Source: Octopus bimaculoides
Lineage: Eukaryota
Assembly (NCBI RefSeq): GCF_001194135.2
Contig: NC_068990.1
Span: 21,848,707-21,887,472, forward strand
Length of the DNA: 38,766 nt
Direction: 5' to 3'
Below, piece after piece: positions 22,362 to 34,961 of this stretch. How positions within the stretch are numbered: position 1 is the stretch's first letter; every line of letters starts with the position of its first letter. A program made the translations under genes and the position numbers. The notes under the pieces were generated by a model. It ran no database searches. It was not told the DNA's origin and worked only from the letters and a program-made list of their open reading frames with translations.

Positions 22362-23039
22362 TATTAAGACGCATAAGTCAACAAATATCTATACGTACAT
22401 GTTTATGCTCGCGCACGTGCGTGTGTGTTGGTTAAAAAAGATCATGCATTCACGACAGGGTTAATCGAAAAGTGTTTCTGTGAGGAATTTCTCAATAAAA
22501 TGCTGAAATGGAACTATAAGTATGTCATTAAGGTGAAAGTATTAATAGACTTTGATATGCTTTTGATATGATATAAAAGAGATAAGCAAATAAGCGCGAC
22601 CTCGGTACGCTGCAAGTCTTCGTTATTCAATAGGTACACAAAAGCTATATAGCAACCTGCTGTGTTTTGTACTTGTAATTCAAAAGGTACGATGTTGCCA
22701 AATACTTTTTGACACCTTCACTGACTACTGATTATGTTATGGGTACACTGTGCATGTGAACTACTCAGCTATCTCTAGGTAATTCACTTGACCGAACAAT
22801 TCAGTATTCATCGTCGAATAACGGAGATCCACTTCTACGATGTGATTTATTTAAAATAGATCTCTGTAGGTTTACTCTTAACCAAGTTTGTTTGCTTCCG
22901 TAGGTGACTCGTTTCAATTACGAAATAAAATATGGTTACAATGTGGTTGTTATAACCCCTGAGAAGTTATAACAGTTTTTAAGTTAATTTCATTATTTTC
23001 ATGCCAGAGTGAGAGGTTGCTCGACTTGCTGAAACTAGC

Positions 23040-23290
23040 AGCAATTTCTTTCAATTCACTCTTCTGTATTAAAGAAGGAAAATATACGTTTGATAGTCAT
23101 TTTTAACAAGATGAGTTTTCCACAGCTGGATACTTTGATTATAAACCTTTTCGTGAGCCAAGAGAAAGCAACAACGTCTCTGTTTACTGTGTGTACTATA
23201 TCCAAATCGAGTCAATTTGCCCTAGTTATACTTTCCTTCGCCACATCGAACAATTTCTCATTATTATCTATTTTTGTGTTTGTTTTCTCC
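23040..23290 (-). pseudogene. Possible hAT N-terminal (TTF zinc-finger-like) relic
   Basis: GYSTHSKQRRCCFLLAHEKVYNQSIQLW loosely resembles WL.YS....VYCF.C...HE.S..H...W; by eye only. Confidence 0.22.
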
Positions 23291-23345
23291 CTTTTATAAA
23301 ATTATTTATTGACGTAATATTGTGATTTTGTTTTTCTTTTTCATC

Positions 23346-23555
23346 TTAGGCACAAGACCAAACATTTTAGGAGTGGCTGAATTCGATTTTATTGACCCCA
23401 AATGCTTGACTTCCAACTGTTTTATCGATCTTCCAAAAGATGAAAGGCGAACTCAACCCTGCAGGATTTGATTATCAAAATACAAAGGTGTCTAAACAAA
23501 TATTGCTAGGCGTTTATTTTTATTGTCGGTGCAGCATCGACTCCACTGTCCTCCT
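23346..23555 (-). mobile_element. SINE family B, old
   Basis: ttaggcacaagacc...ttttatcgatcttccaaaagatgaaaggcgaactcaacc. Confidence 0.65.
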
Positions 23556-24440
23556 CTTTTTATTTGTATTAATTTTCTTCTATGACATAACACTTTAGTA
23601 ATTAATCTTTGTGTTAAATGATATTGATTTGTTTCTGATAAGTATTTAGTCCGCAACTAAATATTCTTTTCAGACAGACATTTCTTCAATGTAATAAATG
23701 TTTCTCATTTAAATTACTATTCGTTGCCCAAAGCATTTTCCAAATAACGTGTGATCAAAAGAAGAAATCTTTCATGAATTGTATTTCACTCTATTCTTTT
23801 ATTCTTTTCTTTCTTTCATTCCCTTTTCTCTCGCTTTCATTCGTAGTTTCACGGTATGGTCATCATCGTTTTATTCACTTTTATTATGTTCATAATAACT
23901 ATTTTGTGCTTGCTTATAGAGCGTGAAGCAAAATAATAACGAAAAGCAGCTGAAGAGCAATTAGTTGACTTTCAGGTGGTTTTCATTCTACGTCTCTTCA
24001 TGTACAAATACAACACAAAAGGTGATTGTACATATATTGTTAGTGTTGAAGGTAATAAATTACTTCGGGAAACGAAGTTACTGAGAACATCTGAAAGAAA
24101 GAAACAAAGAAAGCACGCACTACTTAAATGGGTGTATACCATGACACTCATTAAAATGCGTTTCTTTTACATAAAGAAAAAGTAAGGCTTAAATTTGAAT
24201 TGCACAAATAAGATATCTTGATGCGTGACATTAGGATTTTTTAAAGCTAAAGGAAAAAAAATTAAGTATTCAGTGTGAAAAGAAACGAGAGTAAATGCAT
24301 GAGTTAACAAAACAATCACACAAAAACAAAATTATAGTTTTACAGACAGTATTACTTAATATATATTTCTTTATTTAAGCAGAAAAGCGAGGGCATAAGA
24401 CATATGTTTCAGCGAAAGTATTAGGAAAGCGGTTAAAATA

Positions 24441-24646
24441 CTGGTTTAAAATTTTGTCCCAGGGCCACCGATTTCAATCAAAGGGGCTAGCCAATTACAT
24501 CCGAAAGCCAGTGATCAACCGGTACTTATCTTATCGACCCCGAAAGAATGAAAGTCAAAGTCAACCTCAGTGAAATTTGAATTCAGAACATAAGGACAGA
24601 CAAAATGCCGCTAAGGAACATATCCGGCGTACTAACGATTCTGCCT
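24441..24646 (-). mobile_element. SINE family B
   Basis: ggtacttatcttatcgaccccgaaagaatgaaagtcaaagtcaacctc...ctaacgattctgcc. Confidence 0.88.
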
Positions 24647-24707
24647 CAAGCCACATAAATATTAATTCATATTTAAATATAAAGTATATTTTTATAAACT
24701 TAATATA

Positions 24708-24917
24708 ATGGTTTCAAATTTTGGTACAATAATACCAACAATTTCGAGAGAGGGGTGAAGTTGATTACAATAACTCCACTGATCAACTGGTACTTATTTT
24801 ATCGATCTCGAAATGCTGAATGGCAAAGTGGGCCTCGGCAAAATTTGATGATAAAGACGAACAAAATGTCACTCAGCATTTTGCTTTGTGTGCTAACAAT
24901 TCTGCCTGCTCGGCGCT
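24708..24917 (-). mobile_element. SINE family B flanked by 55-bp direct repeats
   Basis: ggtttcaaattttggtac...caactggtacttattttatcgatc...gctaacaattctgcctgctcggcg. Confidence 0.85.
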
Positions 24918-25181
24918 CTAAGTGACATAAATAGTAATTTATATTTAAATATAGAGTATATTTCTATAAACGTAATATATCATTTCATATTTAGTTTTGT
25001 TTCATATCAAGGAATCTATTGTATAATGAAACATTGATTTCTAATTCATCACTGATAAAATTTTATCTGTTCATTTCATTCACCTATTTATTCACAGAAC
25101 GAACCGTAATTTCAATCTAACATTAAATGGAAATGGATATTTGTGAGTCACCGATATTGTAAGCATGGACTGTCGAATGAT

Positions 25182-25221
25182 TTTACTGAGACAAATAGAA
25201 GTTTACTGAGACAAATAGAAG
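25182..25221. repeat. Perfect 20-bp tandem duplication
   Basis: (tttactgagacaaatagaag)x2. Confidence 0.95.
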
Positions 25222-25673
25222 TCCCGTGTGTGTGTGTGTGTGTGTGTGTTTGTGAGTGTATTTAGTGCAGAGTTAGATGTACGACTACAGCTCCGTGTTG
25301 GTGTCTTGTCAGATTTCAGTATAGTGGTTTGTCGACCATCGTCCCACGTAGTGTTACTAGTTGTAATTTACAGAATACATGTAGGGGAAAATCAAGATAA
25401 ACGCAAATATAAATAATTATGTGCGATGTATGTTTCACTATTCAAGTTACCTGGAGCTCGAGATTAGATGTTCCATGAGCATTCGGATAACTAACCGCAA
25501 TGGATCACCAGGGAAACAATTTTTGCGCATTCTATTACATAGGTCTAATACCTTCTAATAATCTACAGCGGTTAAGCATCCAAAAACAGTTGGAAGAAAC
25601 CAAATCTGAGCACTAAATAACTGCAATGGTATAACGTACATAGTCATTAATTATTATTACATATATTTATCGT

Positions 25674-25874
25674 AATGGCGGTGAGCTGACACAATCGTTA
25701 GCGCGCCGGGCAAAATGCTTAGCGGCATTTTGTCCGTCCTTACGTCCAGAGTTCGCATTCCGCCGATGTCGACTTTGCTTTTTCATATTTTCGGGATCGA
25801 TAAATTAAATATCAGGTGAGTACTAACTTCGATGTTATCCACTAGTCTGTTCCCTAGAAAGTAGAAAAGATTAC
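25674..25874 (+). mobile_element. SINE family B
   Basis: ggcggtgagctgacacaatcgttagcgcgccgggcaaaatgcttagcggcatttt...gatgtcgactttgc. Confidence 0.9.
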
Positions 25875-25928
25875 TTATATTTTCGTATTTTTCCAACGCG
25901 CGCGGGTGAGATCAATCAAAGAATTACT

Positions 25929-26088
25929 CTTGCGTTCTGAGTTTAAATTCCGCCGAGGTAAGACTTTCTTATCATCCATTTGGGTTCGATATAAGAAGTA
26001 TCAACTGAGTACTTAGGCCGATGTAATTGACTCACTCTCTTCCTCCTTGTTATTTGTGACCAAGTGTCAATATTTCAAACCAGTATTA
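25929..26088 (+). mobile_element. SINE family B, 5'-truncated
   Basis: gttctgagtttaaattccgccgaggt...ctgagtacttaggccgatgtaattgact. Confidence 0.75.
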
Positions 26089-26831
26089 AGTTTGTATTTC
26101 TGCAAATATGTCTCGCGAACTTGTGCTGTTCTTTTCGTCTATGTGCCCAAAAGTAAAATGAAGGGGCACGCAAGCCATTTCTAGAAAATGAAGATCAGCG
26201 CTTGCACACTATGAGGCAAGATATTTTGGAATGACCAAGTTTATTCATAAACGGAACAAAAAACTAACGATACTTCGTAACTGAAAGAGCACATGTCCTC
26301 ATTAATTCGAATAACGAAAACCGAGTTTAAAAATAATTAAGTGATGTATGCATCTAGAACAGTTTCTGCTGTTTAATTGGAAGATGTCCCCACATCATGT
26401 TAGACAAATTTTCTTATAATCGAATGCCCCTACTAGACATGGATTTTGACATTCTCTTGATACCTAGTTAATACAAAGCCTCAAAATTACACGCTTGACA
26501 TGGACACATAGTTCTCCACAGATAAACAAACTTTACACCACTCTATGCTACTTACATTCAACATTAAATTTATCTCGTCTTTGTATAATATTTTCTTGCA
26601 AACTCTATTCTCACGTCACGAATAAAGGGACGTAATTTAGAATTCTTGACAAAATATCCACCACACTCTTAGAACGTTGCTTTTCCTTTCTTCGTTTCAT
26701 TTTTGTACATTCTCACATCGTAGCCACTTCACAAATATCTGAGTGATTGCCAGATCACACATTGTGCAAATGCAGGTGAAAATTGTACATTTCGAAGATG
26801 AGGCTTCAGCCATGCATGCGATATTTATTAC

Positions 26832-26835
<4 letters not shown>

Positions 26836-26925
<90 letters not shown>
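26836..26925. repeat. (CA)n microsatellite
   Basis: Direct reading. Confidence 0.95.
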
Positions 26926-26929
<4 letters not shown>

Positions 26930-27244
26930 GCACGCACGAACACACACTCACATACGCACCCACACACGCACATGCACATTCACACACATACATATCCGCA
27001 CACACACACACATGTATGTATATCTCTTTTCGTGTCAAGTTATATACAAGAACAATCTGACATTAAACTGAAGGATCTTCTCATTAGTTTTCGGTAGGGT
27101 GCGTTTATTAAACTTTTATGAGAGAATGTTTGACAGTGACTCCGAAGTTTCGAGTTCTTTCTCTTTAATCAGCCTCTCAGTTTGTCTTTGGCTAGCAAAC
27201 AGAAACTACGAAATCACACTTAACCATTTCCTGTAAAATTTTAA

Positions 27245-27263
27245 TCTCTCTCTCTCTCCCTCC

Positions 27264-27338
<75 letters not shown>

Positions 27339-27445
27339 CACGCGCGCGTACATATACACATACAGATACACATATACATACACACACATAATACACACAT
27401 ACATACATACATACATACATACATACATACATACATACATACATA
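27245..27445. repeat. Compound (TC)n-(TA)n-(CATA)n microsatellite
   Basis: Direct reading. Confidence 0.92.
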
Positions 27446-27606
27446 AGTACGTATGTACCTATATTCATACGGGCCTACATAGAAGCCAAAAGCATGGAGG
27501 TACCACACAGGTGCACTCAAGCTGATGCTGAATAGGAGTTGCTCTGGAGCATCAGTTGCCTTTCAACGGGGTTTATTTGTTTATTTATTTATTTTTTTTT
27601 TTTTTT

Positions 27607-27779
27607 AAGAATTCGCTTGATAATCCAAAGAGAGATTTGACCGATTCCAAGTTGATCTGAATGAGATGCTGCTGATACATTTCCTTCGCTGATGAATTGT
27701 ATAATCACTCTGCTGACTGCTGGCAGAGAAATCCTAAGGTTTCGTGCAACATTACCCTGGCTACGTCCACCATCAAACT
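27607..27779 (-). mobile_element. Tc1/mariner transposase N-terminal HTH fragment
   Basis: DGGRSQGNVARNLRISLPAVSRVIIQFISEGNVS resembles G.SQR.IA..L.IS...VSR+I.RF...G.V. The 5' side is lost in a gap. Confidence 0.6.
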
Positions 27780-27879
27780 NNNNNNNNNNNNNNNNNNNNN
27801 NNNNNNNNNNNNNNNNNNNNNNNNNNNNNNNNNNNNNNNNNNNNNNNNNNNNNNNNNNNNNNNNNNNNNNNNNNNNNNN

Positions 27880-27920
<41 letters not shown>

Positions 27921-28140
27921 TATTAACAATTCTGAATGACAGACAAAACAGCATAACGAGGGAGTGTCTATTTAATTTTCGGATGCATACGTTCATTATA
28001 TGTATTTTTAAGGGTATGTATGTAGGTATGTATGTATGTATGTATGTATGTATGTATGTATGCGACGAGATGCTGCATAGTTTTCAAGTTTGCTATATTC
28101 AAATATTATAGTTTGTATCTGTGTATCATTCGGATTATAG

Positions 28141-28185
28141 GCAGCACCGTTCACCCATCTTTCGCAAATAGATGCAACGGATCTC
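28141..28185 (+). CDS. Candidate 45-nt micro-exon (AAPFTHLSQIDATDL in phase 0)
   Basis: attatag| acceptor, ctc|gtaaga donor, length divisible by 3, two frames open; no homology recognised. Confidence 0.2.
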
Positions 28186-28977
28186 GTAAGAATGTTGCTC
28201 TAGATGAACAGATATCCTAGCCAGTATTTGGCATATCTTTTATCAGCTTAATGGCAATGCATGCGAGCTAAGCACCGTCGCTTTTAAGGCAACTCGGGAT
28301 TTACTATATAGTTACGTTCCAGCTTTACCTACGACAGTAATAACTCTTGGCAAACGTACAAAAGCTACGATTCTTCGTGTTTTACTCTGCTAAGAAATAT
28401 AACATATTGTTCATAATCAAAGGAAGACAATAAAAGCTTTTTCTTTTCTTCTCTTATGGCGTGCTTCAACGTTTGGCGAGCATTTAAAGATGTCGATAAC
28501 AATTGTCTAAAACATACTGGAGTTATTCCTATACCAATAGTCTTCCTCTTTTACTGTTTCTTATTTTGCTTTCGATTCTCTTTCAAAAATGTTTCGCTAC
28601 TGTTTTTTTTTTTCATATTTTTTCTTCTAACTTTTCTTCTTTTTTTTTTGCAACAAAAACCTTGAATACAGAGTAGCCTAGATTTTTTCCTGTTAGTAAT
28701 TGCTTTGTTGTCGATTTACCTTAACATTGAAGAGTGTTTAATAATGGAGATATTGCAATCATGCTCTTACAAGGAATATATATGTCATTGTTGACAAATA
28801 TATTGTAGAATCTATGTATTTGAAGAAAGAAACTAACCTAAATGGAAACGTGAAAGTAAAAGCTACTTCATGAATAGTTTCTAAATTTGTTGCTTTCGTT
28901 CTGGTTTACCCCTCCTTTTGGGTAGGGTGTTAATTTTCGCATGGCTAGCTAAAAGCGTCTAAATATCTTTCTCAATC

Positions 28978-28980
<3 letters not shown>

Positions 28981-29030
<50 letters not shown>

Positions 29031-29107
29031 TTCTTATGTGCATGCATGCTTACATACATATATATATATACACACATGTATATATATATGTATNNNNNNN
29101 NNNNNNN

Positions 29108-29161
<54 letters not shown>

Positions 29162-29412
29162 ATTATGCACACATATTTATATACGTATGCATATATGTAC
29201 ATATATCTATATATTTATATGTGTGCATGTATATATTTGCCTCTGTTTGTCTGCCTGTCTCTCTCTCTCCCGATATCTATCTATCTATATTTATATATAT
29301 GTATATATATACATATATACATGTAGATATATATATATAATATGTATGTATGCATGCATGTAGATATGCATATGCACATATATGTATGTATATATATATA
29401 TAATATACACAT

Positions 29413-29474
<62 letters not shown>
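28981..29474. repeat. Compound (TC)n/(TA)n/(TATG)n microsatellite field with small gap
   Basis: Direct reading. Confidence 0.9.
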
Positions 29475-29477
<3 letters not shown>

Positions 29478-30123
29478 AAAGTAACAAAATTATTGAATAC
29501 AAAATATAAACAAATGGTTCCAATAAAGTCAAACAAGAAATGAGAGAAATAAATAAAATAAATAAAATAAATAAATTTAAGCAAGCTTTTGGTGAACCTT
29601 CTAATTCCTTGCAGACACACATATTTCTTTTTCCTCATTCAGAGAATCAATTCTCTGTCATAGAAAAACACAAACTAAAAACATAGAAGAAAATAAAAAG
29701 CTTTTGTTGCATTTTATTCGATAGTTTTCTATTCATATCAACCGCTATTATTTCCCAATTATTTTTCTGTCCATTTCGTCTGCTGCATTCAGAGTCGCTT
29801 TGTTGTTATTTCTATAGCTGTTACCTCGTCACAATTGATGTCTGTTAAGACTTAAATACACTCTATAAGTGCCACGAATTCAATATTTTTCCAAGCGACT
29901 TGGTATTTTCAATACGTGTAACTAGTGATGTTGTCGACTTTCTCTTAGTTGCCAGAGGGCAGCAGGAGTTAGTGATTTTCTTTCTTCAATATAGCCAAGC
30001 ATTTTCTAACACAGGTTCTCCTGCAAACGATTTGCATGCCCGTTATTCTATGCACGCAAACACAAGCATACACATATGCCCCCATTACATTTGTATGCAT
30101 GTGTACTGTATGCGTACAGTCTA

Positions 30124-30154
<31 letters not shown>

Positions 30155-30203
30155 TTGAAGAGTGAAAGAGATAGATATATGTGTGCGGATGTGCTGTATA
30201 TGC

Positions 30204-30248
<45 letters not shown>

Positions 30249-30633
30249 CAACAACACACACATACGCATATAAACATACAAGCACACACATACACACACC
30301 ATACACACACCACACACCATGCACATACATACACACACTTATTGACATTCTTTTCACAAATAAAAGAATGTGTAATCCCTTTTCGTTCCAGTAATTCTTT
30401 CTCAAACACAACATCACACATCAACCGTATATTTGGAACAAATTACATTATTTTCGTCTGTTTTAATATAATATCTCTTACGGAAAATACGTCCTATTAT
30501 ATTAGTGACAAAGCATTTTCATAAGAGGCTATTTCATGTTATTCCATATAACAGCGACCTATGCTGTGCTTTTACTTGATGCCCTTGAGAAATGCATTAA
30601 CTTCACAACCTTTCATTAGCTTATAATTATAAA

Positions 30634-30805
30634 CTACTTTATAGCCAAACTATTAATTAAAGGTCTCGCTATTTGTGTGGTGTGTGGTGAACGTAGAACA
30701 GGAAGCAGATCGTCAATATGGAACGAGACATGCCCTTCCTCCAAGCCAGTTTCAGAGGCCGGTAAAACGCTGACGGGTGTTGTCTCTTCTCCTATGGCTA
30801 AGCCA
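30634..30805 (-). CDS. Candidate terminal exon GLAIGEETTPVSVLPASETGLEEGHVSFHIDDLLPVLRSPHTTQIARPLINSLAIK*
   Basis: Acceptor attgttcttcag|, 56 sense codons to TAG, GC higher than flanks, SSR-free. The opposite strand is also open; no homology recognised. Confidence 0.22.
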
Positions 30806-30937
30806 CTGAAGAACAATGCATGGAGTTTGGCGAATGGAAAACACAAAGTGGTTTCGATGTCAAGATAAGACAGGGTATTGTTTTCGTTCTCTATGTCTAG
30901 TCATAAATGTCGAACTAATTTGAGTATGGCAATGTGT

Positions 30938-31170
30938 CAGTGGCGGCTCATGACATAGTAGTTAGGATGGTGGACTCATGATTGTGAGATTGTGGTTTCA
31001 ATTCCTGGGCCGGGCTGCGTTGTGTTTTTGAGAAAATCAGTTCGTTTCACATTGCTTCAGTCTACTCAGCTGGTAAAACTGTAATTCTGCGAAGGAGCGG
31101 CGTCCCGTCCAGCAAGGAATATATATACGCCAAAGAAAGCAGGTAACCGGCCTCATGCCTCACTAGAGAG
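30938..31170 (+). mobile_element. SINE family C (tRNA head plus gcgtcccgtccag domain), diverged
   Basis: tagtagttaggatggtggactcatgattgtgagattgtggtttcaattcctgg...ggcgtcccgtccagc...tatacgccaaagaaagcaggtaaccggcc. Confidence 0.8.
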
Positions 31171-31183
31171 TAATATGGACTAA

Positions 31184-31229
<46 letters not shown>

Positions 31230-31486
31230 NNNNNNNNNNNNNNNNNNNNNNNNNNNNNNNNNNNNNNNNNNNNNNNNNNNNNNNNNNNNNNNNNNNNNNN
31301 NNNNNNNNNNNNNNNNNNNNNNNNNNNNNNNNNNNNNNNNNNNNNNNNNNNNNNNNNNNNNNNNNNNNNNNNNNNNNNNNNNNNNNNNNNNNNNNNNNNN
31401 NNNNNNNNNNNNNNNNNNNNNNNNNNNNNNNNNNNNNNNNNNNNNNNNNNNNNNNNNNNNNNNNNNNNNNNNNNNNNNNNNNNNNN

Positions 31487-31556
<70 letters not shown>

Positions 31557-31711
31557 TATACACACATATTATTGATAAGACATAACTCCATAGTGAATAA
31601 CGGCAACTACGTGGTCGATTGCATTACTAGAAATAGCAACGGGAATCCCCCACCACCAAATTAAACTGAAAAGAACACCTGAAATATTTCAATCCTAGAT
31701 ACACTTAAACA

Positions 31712-32000
31712 GTGGAGGCACATGGCTTATTGGTTAGAGCAGCGGACTCGCGGTTGAGGGATCGCGGGTTCGTGCCTTAGACTCGGCAATGTGAGTGCTT
31801 TTGAGCGCCACATGGCTCCAGCAGATGGTAATGGCGAACATCTGCTGACTCATTCACAACTTCCTCTCAATCTTTCCTCCAGCATCTATTAGCTCACCTG
31901 CGACAGACCGGCGTCCCGTCCAGGTAGGGAACCTATACGCCAATGAAACAGGGAAACCGGCCCTTATGAGCCATCCATGGCTCGGCAAGGAACAAACACT
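31712..32000 (+). mobile_element. SINE family C, near full length
   Basis: ggaggcacatggcttattggttagagcagcggactcgcgg..gatcgcgggttcg (A/B boxes); cctgcgacagaccggcgtcccgtccagg...cctatacgccaatgaaacagggaaaccggcccttatgagcc. Confidence 0.88.
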
Positions 32001-32039
32001 TACATAGTCAAGATAATCACGCCTAGAATGTTTGAAATC

Positions 32040-32500
32040 ATTCTACTGCTTGACCAGGGTCAAGGTGGTGTTCAACACCAAACGCTATAAGATCAGCTAC
32101 CACTGCAGCACCTGTACATATCGTAAGATGTGAAAATAATTTTGTTCGCGTTTGCCAAATTATAGTAATTTTCTATAAGTGAGAAAATATTCCTAAGATA
32201 TATATAAGCTATTTATTTGGGGAACATACGAAAGATAATGAAACTGAAGATATTATGAGAAGAGTGGATATGTTCATTGTTTCCATCACGTTGGTCCAAG
32301 CTCTTTTATTAATGTCTTATACAAGACAAAAGTAATGCAGCAGGAGCAGTTACGTCTATATGAAGACAAAAACGTTCAGTGTAACAGTAATATACACATG
32401 AAAGACGTCATAGAGATTCCATTTAAAAGCTCTTTGATAGAATATATGGCTTTATGTTCAAGTGCATACATTTCAAAACGTTTTCTGTATACATATAGGA
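32040..32500 (+). mobile_element. Decayed Penelope-like element (Neptune-type linker / GIY-YIG relic)
   Basis: VKVVFNTKRYKISYHC (~KIFNRNT.KISYSC), NVLYKTKV (~..VYKA.V) and SSLIEYM (~T.LS.YIW) occur in colinear order, with stops. Confidence 0.4.
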
Positions 32501-32771
32501 GTATGTGAGACAAGCTAAAGAAAGACAAACAGCCAAACACTCCTCAATCAAAACTCTAACATCTTAAAGTAGGAGACATTGAATTATATAGACAGGACTA
32601 AAGTATATGTAACATTGGGACGAGGTGGTCATAGCTTGAATATCTTTGACCAATACAACTTCTTGATCAAGAAGGATATGGGGTTGAGCATCATCGCCAT
32701 CTATATCAACAACATCACCCTGCTATTAATGTTGTTCTAAGATAAGTCCCAACCAGAAAAGTATAACGAAT

Positions 32772-32964
32772 AATACTTTCTAATATAAGCACAAGACCTA
32801 AAATTTGTGAGGGGATGGGGGCTACTTGGTGCTTATTTTGTCGACCCTGAAAGAAGGAAAGATAAAATCGATGACAGTACAATTTGAATTTAGAACGTAA
32901 AGAAGGACGCAATATCACTAGTCATTTGTCCGGTGTACAAACGAATCTGCCAGCCCGCCGCCTT
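32772..32964 (-). mobile_element. SINE family B
   Basis: gcacaagacctaaaattt...cttattttgtcgaccctgaaag...gaatctgccagcccgccgcc. Confidence 0.85.
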
Positions 32965-33436
32965 CTATAGTATAATGGAGAAAGCTGCGTATTAATTAGG
33001 CGTGTAACGGTTCCTAAAAGAAATCAATTATTAAAGGATTAACTAACCCTTCCGAATTTTTTTTATAAATTCATATTCCAAGAAATTTCCTGTAATTTCG
33101 ATTTCTGAAGTTTATTGAATATTTGAACTAGCAGTTTTTCTCTAATTTAAATACTCATTGCATTCACTGCGGAGTAGATTTAAGTAATATTAACTTGTTG
33201 CAGGCGAAATTTTCCGTTTTCATTTGCAAACATTTCTCATTGTTTCTCTCGCCTCTATTTTCATTAATGATAATTTAACATGTATTTTTAGTTAGGAATC
33301 CGGCATGTAAGGTTTCCTTTAGTCGTGTATGACCTCAATAATCAAGCGGCAAGGACACAGCTGAAAAGCCAAGTACAAGAGTGAAAGTGCCAGAGAGAAC
33401 CAGGCAAAAAAGGAGAATTGCACGGTACATTGCCAT

Positions 33437-33610
33437 TTATAGTCGACCGGCGGTAATGCCATCTGTCGGCAATCGTGCCGGAAGTTGGAACATATTCCAG
33501 AACATTCTGTAGCAAAGGATGGAACGCAACTCTCGTTTATTTCCCTTTCTCTCTTGTAGAGCCCGCCATATGTTCATTTCAATGATTTCAAGCTTTAATT
33601 CGCTATTTGA
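33437..33610 (-). mobile_element. Possible Tc1-like transposase C-terminal relic
   Basis: LEIIEMNIWRAL..NKRELRSIL..W..LPARL resembles LN.IEN.W..L...EL...I...W....MP.RL. Confidence 0.3.
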
Positions 33611-34368
33611 AAAATCCACAGTTTCTTCTATCTAAAAAAAAAAAAAATTATTTATTGAATGACTGAATACCATTACACAAAATAACTGTACAATTTTGAG
33701 GCTTGCATGTTGTAGTATACCGGTATAATTTAGAAACAAAAATTACGAAGTGATTTTGTTGGTATGGCTGTTTGGAACGCAATAACACTTACAATAATAA
33801 CTATGTGATCGCTGCTATTTCTAGCACGCTAAACGTGCTAGGGTTACCGTAAAGTTTCTTTCAATTACAAATATATTACAACTACGATAAATTACTGAAA
33901 GAAATATTTACTAAGCAAGTGAGATTTTTTATAAATTGAAGTTTTCGGGAGAATTTACTTTCCGAATTTCCTTTTATTATTGAATATTTGAAGTTAACAA
34001 ATTTAAATATTTTGTACAGGATAATTTGGCATTATTTCGCTTGAACCCGCACACTGCATTAAATTCCGTAATTTACCTTTTGCGCACCGTGTTCAGCTCT
34101 ATCTAATTGTAGTCAGTCACACATATTCACCTGTTTTTTTTGTATGTGCGTTTGTATACACCAATGTATGTCTGTGTGTGTGTGAGAGAGAGAAAGAAAG
34201 ACTGTGTGAAGGGGTGGGTTGTCGTGTATATGTACATATATAAATACATATGCATACATATTTTCTATGTATGTGTGTGTGAGCTAGACAGAGAGAGAAT
34301 GATATCTCAGTGGCACTCACTTTCTCTTTCTCTCTCACTCTCTCTCTTTCTCTCTCACTCTCTCTCCT

Positions 34369-34402
<34 letters not shown>

Positions 34403-34761
34403 ACACAAACACACGTTCATTTCATATACACTTTCTCCTCTCTTTCACTTTAAAACAAAAGTAAATAAATAAAAACTTTTTAACGAAACTAACGATCAAA
34501 ACAACTAGTTGTTCATTTCGGTATTTCTGAGGGTTCAATCCAAACATTGCCGATAGTTTTTATGGAGCTTTTATTTATACGATTTTTTTTTCATTTCATG
34601 TTTATTTCCTTCATTTTTTTCACTGTTCTCTCTCTCACACACACTCATTCACACTCACACTCACATACACACACACAGACACACACACACACACACACTG
34701 TCTCTCTAATATGAACGCATACACTGTCTCTGTGATATAAATACACACACACTCCAGGTTT

Positions 34762-34803
34762 TACTAGCAGAAAACCGCCCGGTTGGCGGTCTTGCTGCTA
34801 GTA
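34762..34803. mobile_element. 42-bp nested-hairpin element with Helitron-like hairpin + CTAG end
   Basis: tactagcag-aaa-accgcc cggtt ggcggt-cttg-ctgctagta. Confidence 0.4.
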
Positions 34804-34961
34804 TATTATAATGAAAAATGATTCTTTTCAAATTATTTTGATATCCACATAAAAATTAAATGCATTACTGTACAATACAAGAAATTTCCTAATTATACAA
34901 TTAGTTACGACGATGACCTGGCATTAACACAACGGATAGAAAAAAAAACAAAAAAAAACAA

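Noticed and set aside
25450-25530. 81-nt minus-strand exon candidate (MRKNCFPGDPLRLVIRMLMEHLISSS)
   Set aside because: Weak acceptor (taatag), phase incompatible with the 20050 candidate, no homology.
26724-26775. Plus exon candidate PLHKYLSDCQITHCANAG
   Set aside because: Weak donor (gtgaaa) and no recognisable domain.
30668-30730. ICVVCGERRTG, resembling a nuclear-receptor zinc finger start
   Set aside because: The HYG..CEGC continuation is absent and there is no good acceptor.
31714-31790. tRNA-like sequence with A/B boxes
   Set aside because: No closed acceptor stem; it continues into a SINE body shared with 30938-31170, so it is a SINE head.
33821-33841. Perfect 8-bp hairpin ctagcacg-ctaaa-cgtgctag
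   Set aside because: Too short to interpret, no U-tract or context, and probably part of a small repeat fragment.
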